Shown here: positions 36,566-45,897 of the stretch, in pieces
Numbering within the stretch: the first letter of the stretch is position 1
Layout of the letters: every line of letters starts with the position of its first letter
Source: Fidelibacterota bacterium
GTDB lineage: Bacteria > Fidelibacterota > UBA8477 > JABMPR01
Length of the DNA: 64,000 bases
Reading direction: 5' to 3'
Assembly: GCA_016784025.1 (NCBI GenBank)
Contig: JADHVL010000006.1
Span: 86,910-150,909 of the forward strand
The notes under the pieces: generated by a model
Told to the model about the DNA's origin: nothing
Seen by the model: the letters and a program-made list of their open reading frames with translations, nothing else
The model's database searches: none
Made by a program: the position numbers and the translations under genes

Positions 36566-37015
36566 ATGAATCATTTTTTGAAACAATTAATTCTTTTAGT
36601 TCTGGCATTGGGAATGTTGAATGGCCAATCTCATATTCAGGGGCAGGTTGACTCAACCAATGTGAAAAGCCCAGGTAAAGCGCTCTTATTCTCAGTCATT
36701 CCAGGGGGTGGTCAGCTCTATAATCGCCGCCCTTTGAAAGCTATTTTGTTTGCAGGTGCCTTTGCTTATTATGGCTATGGATATACAGTTGCTCAGCAGG
36801 ATTATCAAGATGATCTATCCAGCGAATCACTCCATAGAACCAGGAACGATAAGGTCTGGATGATGTCTTTAGTATGGACATTGAATATTATTGATGCTTA
36901 TGTCGATGCCCAGCTCTGGGATTTTGGCAAGTACGAAATTGAAGGTGCCCAAGAGATAAAAGATGAAAACATGATTAAACCAAAAAAGGCAGGATCAATA
37001 GATGACACAGACTAG
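36566..37015 (+). CDS. Hypothetical exported protein (DUF5683-like)
   Basis: Signal peptide present. SVIPGGGQLYNRRPLKA followed by an aromatic-rich segment, as in DUF5683 proteins. Weak call. Confidence 0.45.
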   Translation: MNHFLKQLILLVLALGMLNGQSHIQGQVDSTNVKSPGKALLFSVIPGGGQLYNRRPLKAILFAGAFAYYGYGYTVAQQDYQDDLSSESLHRTRNDKVWMMSLVWTLNIIDAYVDAQLWDFGKYEIEGAQEIKDENMIKPKKAGSIDDTD

Positions 37016-38363
37016 AGAATCGTGGGGATCGAAATTTGGTTTCATACTGGCTGCTGCAGGTTCTGCAGTTGGACTGGGAAATATCTGGAAGTTCCCATAT
37101 ATCGCTGGAGAAAACGGTGGCGCTGCCTTCATCTTTGTCTATCTGATCTGTATAGGCATCATAGGTTTTCCAGTGCTCATTGCCGAAGTACTCATTGGAA
37201 GAACGACTCAACGCAATCCTGTAGGTGCTTTTGCTGCTCTCACGCCATCTAAAATGTGGTTATCAGTAGGTTTCCTGGGTGTGCTTGCTGGTTTTATGAT
37301 CTTATCATTTTATAGTGTCATCGGTGGCTGGACTATTGGATATGTGGTTGAAACCCTGCGCGGTTCGCTTTCCAATTTTCATTCACCTGAAGAGGCTGGA
37401 GTGTTGTTTGGAGCCCTTTCAGGCAACGCAACGTGGACCTTAGGGTATCATACGTTATTCTTTGGGTTGACTATGTTCATTGTGGTCAGAGGAGTCCAGG
37501 GTGGCATAGAGAAATCCAGCAAGATTATGATGCCAATTTTACTCTCTATTCTGGTTATTCTCATGATTCGCGGGATGACCCTACCTGGTGCTGACAAGGG
37601 CTTAGCCTTTCTATTGGTACCTGATTGGGCAAAAATAAATGGTCAATCCATTCTCATCGCACTGGGGCATGCATTTTTTACCCTCAGTCTTGGTATGGGC
37701 GCAATGATGACCTATGGTAGCTATATGTCCAAAAAGGACAGCGTCATAACAGCTTCAGCCCAGATTGTCTTTCTGGACACCATTATCGCCATCATGGCCG
37801 GTGTCGCCATATTCACTGCTGTATTTGCTTCAGGTCTGAATCCAGCTGCAGGTCCGGGATTAATTTTTCAAACTCTACCTGCGGTTTTTTCCAGTATGAC
37901 AGGTGGTGTATATTTCTCGTTTCTCTTTTTCTTGTTGTTGGCAATCGCAGCGCTTACGTCGGCCATTTCACTTCTGGAAGTGGTTGTGGCCTATTTTGTA
38001 GATGAGAAGGGCTGGAATCGCAAAGGGGCGGTGTTGATTTTTGGTGGATCGATTTATCTATTGGGAATCCCTTCAGCTCTATCCTTTAACCTCATGTCAG
38101 ATGTGACGCTGTTTGGAAAAACATTTTTTGATATTGTTGACTTTATTGCTTCCAATGTGCTGTTGCCCTTTGGTGGCTTGATGATAGCTATTTTCGTGGG
38201 ATGGGTGTGGACACGGACTTCTGTCATGACGGCAGTGAAGGAGGGTGCAGAACAATTGTTTGAAACCTATCCATGGTTTGAAAGTGTATGGTTCGTCTTC
38301 CTGCGATTTGTGGCTCCCGTGCTCATCACTTTGGTTCTTTTAAGCAGTTTGGGTTTAGTGTAA
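37002..38363 (+). CDS. Neurotransmitter:sodium symporter (NSS/SNF) family transporter
   Basis: N-terminal WGSKFGFILAAAGSAVGLGNIWKFPY is the NSS signature. About 11-12 TM segments. Confidence 0.9.
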   Translation: MTQTRESWGSKFGFILAAAGSAVGLGNIWKFPYIAGENGGAAFIFVYLICIGIIGFPVLIAEVLIGRTTQRNPVGAFAALTPSKMWLSVGFLGVLAGFMILSFYSVIGGWTIGYVVETLRGSLSNFHSPEEAGVLFGALSGNATWTLGYHTLFFGLTMFIVVRGVQGGIEKSSKIMMPILLSILVILMIRGMTLPGADKGLAFLLVPDWAKINGQSILIALGHAFFTLSLGMGAMMTYGSYMSKKDSVITASAQIVFLDTIIAIMAGVAIFTAVFASGLNPAAGPGLIFQTLPAVFSSMTGGVYFSFLFFLLLAIAALTSAISLLEVVVAYFVDEKGWNRKGAVLIFGGSIYLLGIPSALSFNLMSDVTLFGKTFFDIVDFIASNVLLPFGGLMIAIFVGWVWTRTSVMTAVKEGAEQLFETYPWFESVWFVFLRFVAPVLITLVLLSSLGLV

Positions 38364-38553
38364 ACTATTCGTAATAAAATATCCCGGATGGGCGAGGAGA
38401 AACTGATGCGCCCATCTCCGGAAATTCCAGTGCATTTAATCATTTAGAATGCACCTTTGATTCCTATTTTAACAGGTTAATTCTGAATCGATCATCTCTG
38501 GTGGAAAGGAAAATCCTCAGAAGTGATGGAGAATTTATAAAAGGGGTTTATAT

Positions 38554-38751
38554 ATGATCCTTGTAAAAGATAATCGATGTGACTTTTGTGGTACCTGCGT
38601 GGCAGTCTGTCCTGTTGATGCCATTGAGTTGCGCGAAGCTGATATATCAATCATTCATGACACCTGTATCGACTGTGATATCTGTATTTGGGTGTGTCCC
38701 ATAGATGTGCTCTCTTCCGATGAGAAAAAGGAGGAGGTAAAGCATGACTGA
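38554..38751 (+). CDS. 2x[4Fe-4S] ferredoxin
   Basis: CDFCGTCVAVCP and CIDCDICIWVCP motifs. 65 aa. It overlaps the next gene by 8 nt. Confidence 0.85.
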   Translation: MILVKDNRCDFCGTCVAVCPVDAIELREADISIIHDTCIDCDICIWVCPIDVLSSDEKKEEVKHD

Positions 38752-39916
38752 TTTTGATGTCATTGTGGTTGGAGGGGGACCTGCAGGATCCATGGCTGCC
38801 GAAGCCGCAGCAAAGGGAGGGGCAAAGACCCTTCTGCTAGAAAAAGATAGAGATATTGGATACCCCGTGCGTTGTGGTGAAGGTGTGGGAGCTTCTGGAT
38901 TAAAACAATTTATTGAACCAGATCCACAATGGATTGCTGCTACTATCTCCAAGGTACGTATGCGCTCTCCCGACAATACCAAGGTGGATTTTGGGATGAA
39001 GGATGCCGGATATGTCCTCCATCGAAGATTGTTCGATTATGCTCTCGCTAACCGCGCAGGTCGTGCCGGTGCGGAGATACAGACTCGAGCTTATGTGGAT
39101 GGCCTTATGGTGGAAGACGATGTCGTGAAAGGTGTCAAATACCAATACATGGGGGAGAATCGGGAATTATCGGCCAAGATTGTCATTGCCGCCGACGGTG
39201 TTGAATCAAGAGTCGGACGAATGGCTGGGATGCGCACAGCCACTAAGCTCAGAGATATGGACTCCGGCTATCAGGCGACTGTCGGAAATGTTGATATTGA
39301 TCAGGAGTTGATTGATTTCTTTATAGGATCTAACTGGGCGCCAGGTGGGTATCTCTGGATATTTCCCAAGGGTAATGGCATGGCCAATATTGGATTGGGA
39401 GTGAATGGAAAGGTAGCAAAAGATTTTAGTGCCCATGATCTCACCCACAAATTCTTAAAAGATCATTTCCCCAAAGCTAGTATTTTGACCAGCGTTTGCG
39501 GTGGTATTCCCATCGCCAAAACATTGAAAACTATCACCAAAGAAGGTATCATGCTGACTGGGGACGCAGCCAGAATGGTAAATCCCGTGACTGGAGGTGG
39601 TATTATCACAGGAATGGTTGGGGGTCGAATCGCTGGAGAGGTTGCTGCAGCAGCACTTCAGACTGGAGATCTAACATCCAAGGGCTTTAAGGATTACCCT
39701 GCGAGATGGCAAAAAGCCGAGGGGAAAACACACGATGGACTTCATCGCGTCGCCGATGCCATTTTTGAGATCACTGATGAAAAATTGAATAAGATGGCCC
39801 ACCGTCTGGCAAAGATACCCCCTGATGAACTCTCACTTATGAAGATTTTCACAGCAGTTGCACGACAAAAACCATCCATACTGATTGATGTGACCCGCGC
39901 CTTTGCCGGCGTTTGA
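38744..39916 (+). CDS. Geranylgeranyl reductase family flavoprotein (archaeal GGR-like)
   Basis: DVIVVGGGPAGSMAA (FAD). PVRCGEG (conserved Cys). GGYLWIFPKGNGMANIGLG fits YxWxFPx7-8GxG. Confidence 0.8.
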   Translation: MTDFDVIVVGGGPAGSMAAEAAAKGGAKTLLLEKDRDIGYPVRCGEGVGASGLKQFIEPDPQWIAATISKVRMRSPDNTKVDFGMKDAGYVLHRRLFDYALANRAGRAGAEIQTRAYVDGLMVEDDVVKGVKYQYMGENRELSAKIVIAADGVESRVGRMAGMRTATKLRDMDSGYQATVGNVDIDQELIDFFIGSNWAPGGYLWIFPKGNGMANIGLGVNGKVAKDFSAHDLTHKFLKDHFPKASILTSVCGGIPIAKTLKTITKEGIMLTGDAARMVNPVTGGGIITGMVGGRIAGEVAAAALQTGDLTSKGFKDYPARWQKAEGKTHDGLHRVADAIFEITDEKLNKMAHRLAKIPPDELSLMKIFTAVARQKPSILIDVTRAFAGV

Positions 39917-39986
39917 TCCATCGATATTAGAAAGCACAGGAAGATTTGATCAAAACATACACAATCACGATAGCGGGTTGGCTCGC

Positions 39987-42854
39987 ATGAGTTTTTCAGA
40001 CTATTTACAGGGAATTGGTCTTGGTACCTTTGTTTCCTTTGACCTAGAAACTACGGGCCTTGACCCCAAGGTAGATTTCGTCATTGAATTTGGAGCAGTC
40101 AAAGTTGTTAATGGCGTTGCCACAGAACGATATCAACAGTTTATTAAACCCCCTGTGAGAATTCCTAAATTCATCACCAAGCTCACCGGTATCACCAATG
40201 AAATGGTGGCTGATGCTCCCACTTTTGAAGAAGTGGTGGATGACCTTTACGATTTCCTGGGGAACCATCCTCTGGTAGCTCATAATATCTACTTCGATCA
40301 CAATTTTTTAAATGTCAAACGCGAAGCCATAGATGGCATACCTCTCAAGAATCAGCGCATAGATACTTTAAGTCTGGTCCGAACTCTCAGATACGATATG
40401 ATTAACCACAAACTGGGGACAGCAGCTGAATTTTACGGCCTGTCAAAAGAAGGTGCTCATCGTGCTGACTATGACGCCGACATGGTGGCAGAAATTCTGC
40501 TCATTCTGATTTCCGAAATGAAACGACTCTCACCCGATGTGATTAAGACCATCGTGGATGTTCTCCATGGCACTGATTTGCCCAACGAAGATTTATATAA
40601 GTCCATATTGGACTGGACAGCTACTGGTCGAGCTCTGGAAGAATTGGATGAATATCCCAAAATTCCTTTACCTCAGAAACCGAATATTCGTCATTCTACC
40701 GTCGAGGGTGGCTATCCCGATCTTGATCAAATATTTTCCGATGAGGGTCTCCTGTCAGAACATCTTGATGGATATGAACCACGGGAAACTCAGGTTACTC
40801 TCGCCCATGATATTCAGTATGCCATGCGCAATGATGAGTTTCTTATGGGTGAGGCAGGCACGGGTGTGGGGAAGAGTCTGGCCTATACCATTCCCGCTGT
40901 ACTGACGCGACATGAGCTCAAAGAAGATGAGCCTATTCTTATCAGTTGTAACACCAAGAATTTACAGGATCAGCTATTCCATAAGGAAATACCCTTTATT
41001 CAAGAGAAGCTTGGATTACCAGTCCGGGCCTTACTCCTCAAGGGACGGAATAATTACATCTGCAAAACCAAATGGCAACGGGGCATTCGCGATGTGAGTT
41101 GGCGATTCAGTCGTCGTGAGAAAGAAGCACTCCAAACTCTTGTGGTCTGGGCTCATGAGACACCTACCGGCGATATCGACGAGCACAATGGGTTTCATAC
41201 CGTTGGAAATGCACTGGTCTGGTCTAAGCTGAATAGCGAACCCGGCTTTTGTACCACCAATGTATGCTCACATAATGATTTCTGTTATCTCGGCAAATTA
41301 CGTCAGGAATCTGCCAAGGCAGATATCGTTGTGGTCAATCATTCGCTCCTATTGGCTGATGCCGCTGCTGATCATGCCATTTTGCCCAGCTATCAACGAC
41401 TTATTGTAGATGAAGCCCATCTGCTTGAGAAAACAGCCTATCAATTTTTCGCAGCAGAGTTCTCATACAAAAGTCTCCGAATCCAGATGGATCAGTTGTT
41501 CTATAAAGGACGCAATAAAAGTGGTATGTCCATTGAACTGAGGCATCTTTTAGTTCCCGTTGATGAGAAGCAAAAAACGGGTCTTACTGCTCAGTTGGAT
41601 CAACTGGAAACTGACATACAAGAATTTGACAAAACCCTGCTGGCATTCTTTACTGAATTCAAAGCAACCAGACAGCGTGATATCGAACGGGCTACTTTTA
41701 CTTACAAAGAGTTATATACTGGAGAAAAGGATCCCTTTGCACCTGTCCGGGGAATCTGGTACACAGTCATTACCAGTTTAACCTCACTGAACAACCTGGT
41801 CAGAGATGTGGAAAAATCACTGGATGATCTCGATGATGAATCATTGCCAGGTCTCTCTGAGATAAGCTCAAGATTCCACTCATGGCGTGAGATGATGGTC
41901 TACACCCTTGAAATAATGGACAAACAAGCTGCCGCTGACAATCCCGAATTGATTTATTGGTTTGAGATCCTGCCTAAAAGCGAGGTGGTGGCTGTAAAAT
42001 TTGTCCAGGTTCCCCTGGAGATCGGCAAGCAAATGCAGGATCGTATCTATGAAGATCTGGCATGTGCCATTTTTACGTCAGGAACCCTTAATATCGATGG
42101 AAGTTTTAACTATCTTAAGCAACGCCTGGGATTGAAGGGTCATGCCCGACTGAAAGAAATGACTTATCCATCACCATTCTATTACGAGGACCAGGCCAGA
42201 ATTTTCGTACCCACATTTATGGGACCCCAAAACGCTGAGAATTACACGATTGAGGTGCTGTTTCTCCTTGAAAAAATCTGGAAAACACATCCTGTGGGAA
42301 CCATGATTTTATTCACAAGCTACACCATGCTCTTAAACTGGCAGGAAGAGCTGGAGGATCGCATTAAAGGCTCTGGCCGTAGGTTGCTGGTGCAATCAAG
42401 TCGTGTTTCCAGAATGGATTTGATTAATCAGTTCAGAAAATATCCCGGCAGCATTCTTCTGGCCACTGACAGCTTCTGGCAGGGCGTGGATATCCGCGGT
42501 GATGCCCTTCAATTGCTGGTAATTGCTAAACTACCTTTCCTTGTGCCCTCTGATCCTATTGTACGAGCCAATAGCGATGCCCTGAAGGCCGCGGGTGAGA
42601 ATGATTTCATGGGTTACAGCGTCCCTGAGGCAGCGATTAAATACAAACAGGGGGTCGGGCGACTCATCCGCAGTACCACAGATTTTGGCGCTATTCTTTC
42701 TTTGGATGAACGCATATTCACCAAACGTTATGGTGACTGCTTTCGCAATTCTACCCCTATACCTCATGTTCCAGCTAATTCAGAGAGAGAACTGGTTGAT
42801 TCCATACGCGCCTGGTATCGATCACATGGAATACCAGATGCCAACACAAATTAA
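39987..42854 (+). CDS. dinG: DnaQ-type 3'-5' exonuclease fused to a DinG/XPD-family Fe-S helicase
   Basis: Exo motifs FDLETTGL, HNIYFDHNFL and HRADYDADM. Walker A GEAGTGVGKS. Cys cluster NYIC...FCTTNVCSHNDFC. DEAH box VDEAH. The start is set at ATG 39987 (ORF-track 39903 overlaps the upstream gene) and is uncertain. Confidence 0.85.
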   Translation: MSFSDYLQGIGLGTFVSFDLETTGLDPKVDFVIEFGAVKVVNGVATERYQQFIKPPVRIPKFITKLTGITNEMVADAPTFEEVVDDLYDFLGNHPLVAHNIYFDHNFLNVKREAIDGIPLKNQRIDTLSLVRTLRYDMINHKLGTAAEFYGLSKEGAHRADYDADMVAEILLILISEMKRLSPDVIKTIVDVLHGTDLPNEDLYKSILDWTATGRALEELDEYPKIPLPQKPNIRHSTVEGGYPDLDQIFSDEGLLSEHLDGYEPRETQVTLAHDIQYAMRNDEFLMGEAGTGVGKSLAYTIPAVLTRHELKEDEPILISCNTKNLQDQLFHKEIPFIQEKLGLPVRALLLKGRNNYICKTKWQRGIRDVSWRFSRREKEALQTLVVWAHETPTGDIDEHNGFHTVGNALVWSKLNSEPGFCTTNVCSHNDFCYLGKLRQESAKADIVVVNHSLLLADAAADHAILPSYQRLIVDEAHLLEKTAYQFFAAEFSYKSLRIQMDQLFYKGRNKSGMSIELRHLLVPVDEKQKTGLTAQLDQLETDIQEFDKTLLAFFTEFKATRQRDIERATFTYKELYTGEKDPFAPVRGIWYTVITSLTSLNNLVRDVEKSLDDLDDESLPGLSEISSRFHSWREMMVYTLEIMDKQAAADNPELIYWFEILPKSEVVAVKFVQVPLEIGKQMQDRIYEDLACAIFTSGTLNIDGSFNYLKQRLGLKGHARLKEMTYPSPFYYEDQARIFVPTFMGPQNAENYTIEVLFLLEKIWKTHPVGTMILFTSYTMLLNWQEELEDRIKGSGRRLLVQSSRVSRMDLINQFRKYPGSILLATDSFWQGVDIRGDALQLLVIAKLPFLVPSDPIVRANSDALKAAGENDFMGYSVPEAAIKYKQGVGRLIRSTTDFGAILSLDERIFTKRYGDCFRNSTPIPHVPANSERELVDSIRAWYRSHGIPDANTN

Positions 42855-42866
42855 AGTGAGACGGAT

Positions 42867-44384
42867 ATGATTCTAGATGGTAACTCATTGACGCTTGAGG
42901 GGATCTTTGAAGAACTTGAATCTCCTACAAAATTATCACTTACTATTGAATCGAAGCAACTTGTGCGGAAATCGCGAGAAGTTGTGGAAAACGTCCTGGA
43001 GACTGGCAAAACGGTATATGGTGTGAATACGGGATTTGGCAAACTGGCAAATCAAAGAATCTCCAGCGATAATTTGCGTCAACTTCAGGTTAATCTGTTG
43101 AGGAGTCATGCTGCCGGGACCGGTGGATACCTTCCTCGCAAGACAGTGCAGTTGATTCTGCTCCTGAAGATAAATAGCCTACTTAGAGGGTATTCCGGGA
43201 TCAGACTTGAGATTATTGAAGCTTTGATGGATTTGTACAACAATAATCTTACTCCGGCCATCCGGGAAAGAGGAAGTGTAGGAGCCAGCGGAGATCTGGC
43301 CCCCTTGGCTGATCTGGCATTGCCCCTCATAGGGGAAGGTCAATTTCTCATGCCGGACGGGTCAATCAAATCCGCTTCAGAGATATTGAAACAACACGGT
43401 CTTTCAATTATGGAGTTAAAAGAAAAAGAAGGTCTTTCCCTTATTAACGGGACGCAGGTGAGCACTGCTTTTGCAATTGAATCATTGAAAAAAATCAAAG
43501 ATTTATTCTTTACCATCTCAGCCACAGGAGCTTTTAGCACCGAAGTCATGCTTGGTACTGATACTGCATTCAGGAAAGAGATTCAGGAAGCGCGCAATCA
43601 ACCGGGACAGGCCTATGCCGGAGAATTACTATATACTTTGATGACCGATAGTGGGTATCGGGATGCTCATCTTGACTGTGACCGAGTCCAGGACTTCTAC
43701 AGTCTGCGCTGTATGCCTCAGGTTCATGGCTCTTGGTATGATCTCATTGTTCATGCTGAAAGAATACTGACCCAGGAGACCAACAGCACCACTGATAATC
43801 CGGTAACATTAATTAAAGAGGATATCATTGTCTCCGGGGGCAATTTTCATGCAGCTCCCCTTGCACATACCATGGATTACCTTGCCATAGCTCTTTCAGA
43901 TGTGGCAGCAATGAGTGAACGGCGGATAGCTGCTTTTCAGGAAACAAGTCAGAGCAATTTGCCCATGTTTCTCATGAAAGAGGCTGGTTTGAACTCTGGT
44001 TTTATGATAGCCCATGTCACTGCCGCAGCTTTAGCCAGTGAAAATAAATCACTCAGTCATCCTGCTTCCGTAGATACCATTCCCACTTCAGCCAACCAGG
44101 AAGATCATGTGAGTATGGCCCCGAATGCCGGACATCAACTCAAGCAGGTTATATCCAATACTTCAAGAATTATTGCCATCGAGCTCATGTGTGATGCTCA
44201 AGCCAGGGATTTAAATCCGCAGTATCATTTAGCGCCATGCAGTGAAGCCATTTATCAACTGATACGCAACGAGGTACCTTATCTTGAGGTAGATGGTCCG
44301 TTAAGTGCCCATATCGAAGCGATACACCGAATGGTTTCTTCAGGAGCCATCTCGGAAATTGTTCAACAACAATTGGAGGCATAG
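42867..44384 (+). CDS. hutH: Histidine ammonia-lyase-like MIO enzyme
   Basis: YGVNTGFGKLA, RSHAAG, and GSVGASGDLAPLA (the Ala-Ser-Gly MIO triad). 505 aa. Confidence 0.8.
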   Translation: MILDGNSLTLEGIFEELESPTKLSLTIESKQLVRKSREVVENVLETGKTVYGVNTGFGKLANQRISSDNLRQLQVNLLRSHAAGTGGYLPRKTVQLILLLKINSLLRGYSGIRLEIIEALMDLYNNNLTPAIRERGSVGASGDLAPLADLALPLIGEGQFLMPDGSIKSASEILKQHGLSIMELKEKEGLSLINGTQVSTAFAIESLKKIKDLFFTISATGAFSTEVMLGTDTAFRKEIQEARNQPGQAYAGELLYTLMTDSGYRDAHLDCDRVQDFYSLRCMPQVHGSWYDLIVHAERILTQETNSTTDNPVTLIKEDIIVSGGNFHAAPLAHTMDYLAIALSDVAAMSERRIAAFQETSQSNLPMFLMKEAGLNSGFMIAHVTAAALASENKSLSHPASVDTIPTSANQEDHVSMAPNAGHQLKQVISNTSRIIAIELMCDAQARDLNPQYHLAPCSEAIYQLIRNEVPYLEVDGPLSAHIEAIHRMVSSGAISEIVQQQLEA

Positions 44385-44386
44385 GC

Positions 44387-44917
44387 ATGAGAATCCAGAG
44401 TAAGACATTCCTGCTATCCCTGTTGATGATACTCATCGTTGGATGTGCTTCTGAATCAGTAAAATATGTTCTCCCCAGTGCAGGTACCAGCAAAGCACCG
44501 AAATGGGTCGACACACACCGAGCAGTCAGAGATACCATATTCATAGTCATTCACTTGCCAGAAGAACATTCTCTAGATATGGACATCTCAGTTCAAAAGG
44601 CCCAGTCCGAGTTGAACACCATGTTGATGAGTGAAATCGAAGTCATCCTGCGTGACTATTGGGAAGAAAAACAAATTAGATATTCGGAGAAGGAAGAATT
44701 CCAGCTCTTATCAGGACTCCCCATAACACTTGAGCAAATCATGAATCATGTGGAGGTGACTGATGGCTGGGAGAAAAATGGTGAAGTCTCAATTCTATGT
44801 GCTCTTGATTATGAAGATGTCGCAGAGGTTCTCATTCAGGATATGGAAATTGAAGATCGTGCTTTTCTTCCTTATTTGAAGAGAAGAATGGATGATCTGG
44901 CGCAACGCTACCGCTAG
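44387..44917 (+). CDS. Hypothetical lipoprotein
   Basis: Lipobox LIVGCAS. No recognisable domain. Confidence 0.55.
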   Translation: MRIQSKTFLLSLLMILIVGCASESVKYVLPSAGTSKAPKWVDTHRAVRDTIFIVIHLPEEHSLDMDISVQKAQSELNTMLMSEIEVILRDYWEEKQIRYSEKEEFQLLSGLPITLEQIMNHVEVTDGWEKNGEVSILCALDYEDVAEVLIQDMEIEDRAFLPYLKRRMDDLAQRYR

Positions 44918-44925
44918 GATAATAG

Positions 44926-45897
44926 ATGAGATTTGTTGATTATGTAAAGATTAAGGTCATCCCAGGTAAAGGGGGAGATGGCATTATTGCGTTTCGCCGC
45001 GAAAAATTTGTTCCTAAAGGTGGTCCTTCAGGTGGGAACGGTGGAAGAGGCGGCAGTATTATCCTCAAGGTGGACGCTCAACTCCACACACTTCAGGATA
45101 TTCGTTACCACCGGATATATAAAGCTAACAGGGGTAAACACGGTGAGGGCAGTCTCCGTCACGGTAAAAAAGGGGAGGACATTACTGTCAAAGTTCCTGC
45201 TGGAACCATTGTCAAGGATCTACACAATGGCGAAGTGGTTGCCGATTTGCAAATTGATGGTGAATCTATTGTCGTGGCACAAGGTGGCAGGGGTGGTAGA
45301 GGCAATGCCGAATTCGCCACACCAACTCACCAGGCTCCCCGTGAATTTGAATATGGTCGTGAGGGTCGGGATCGTGAGCTGGAGCTAGAGTTAAAGGTCC
45401 TGGCTGATGTGGGGCTGGTTGGATTTCCCAATGCTGGCAAATCTACTTTGTTGTCCAGAGTCTCCCGTGCCAAACCAAAGATTGCAGATTATCCCTTTAC
45501 AACATTAACACCAAATCTTGGCATTGTGAAGTCTGGTGCTTATTCCAGCTTTGTTATGGCCGATATTCCAGGACTTATTGAAGGTGCTCACAAAGGCAAG
45601 GGCCTTGGTATTCAGTTCCTGAAGCATGTCGAACGTTGTAGCGTGTTGTTGTTTCTGGTGGATGCCAACGATGAAGATCCAGCAGAATCATATCGACTCC
45701 TTTTCGAGGAGGTAAAAAAATACAGTCCTGGACTCATTCAGCGGAAACGCATGCTGGCTATCACCAAGATGGACTCTTTTGTCGGAGTACCTAAAATGGC
45801 AACCTTCGAACCCGTCGAACTATTTCCTATTTCCTCTGTTTCAGGAGAGGGACTTGAGGATTTGATCAAGGCCCTTTCAACCAGTATAAGTGAATAA
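44926..45897 (+). CDS. obg: GTPase Obg
   Basis: MRFVDYVKI..GKGGDGIIAFRREKFVPKGGPSGGNGGRGG (Obg fold). G1 GFPNAGKST. G3 DIPGLIEGA. Confidence 0.95.
   Translation: MRFVDYVKIKVIPGKGGDGIIAFRREKFVPKGGPSGGNGGRGGSIILKVDAQLHTLQDIRYHRIYKANRGKHGEGSLRHGKKGEDITVKVPAGTIVKDLHNGEVVADLQIDGESIVVAQGGRGGRGNAEFATPTHQAPREFEYGREGRDRELELELKVLADVGLVGFPNAGKSTLLSRVSRAKPKIADYPFTTLTPNLGIVKSGAYSSFVMADIPGLIEGAHKGKGLGIQFLKHVERCSVLLFLVDANDEDPAESYRLLFEEVKKYSPGLIQRKRMLAITKMDSFVGVPKMATFEPVELFPISSVSGEGLEDLIKALSTSISE

Noticed and set aside
39903-39986. Upstream extension of the dinG ORF
   Set aside because: A non-ATG start would overlap the GGR gene by 14 nt. ATG 39987 immediately precedes the exonuclease domain. The longer form cannot be excluded without comparative data.
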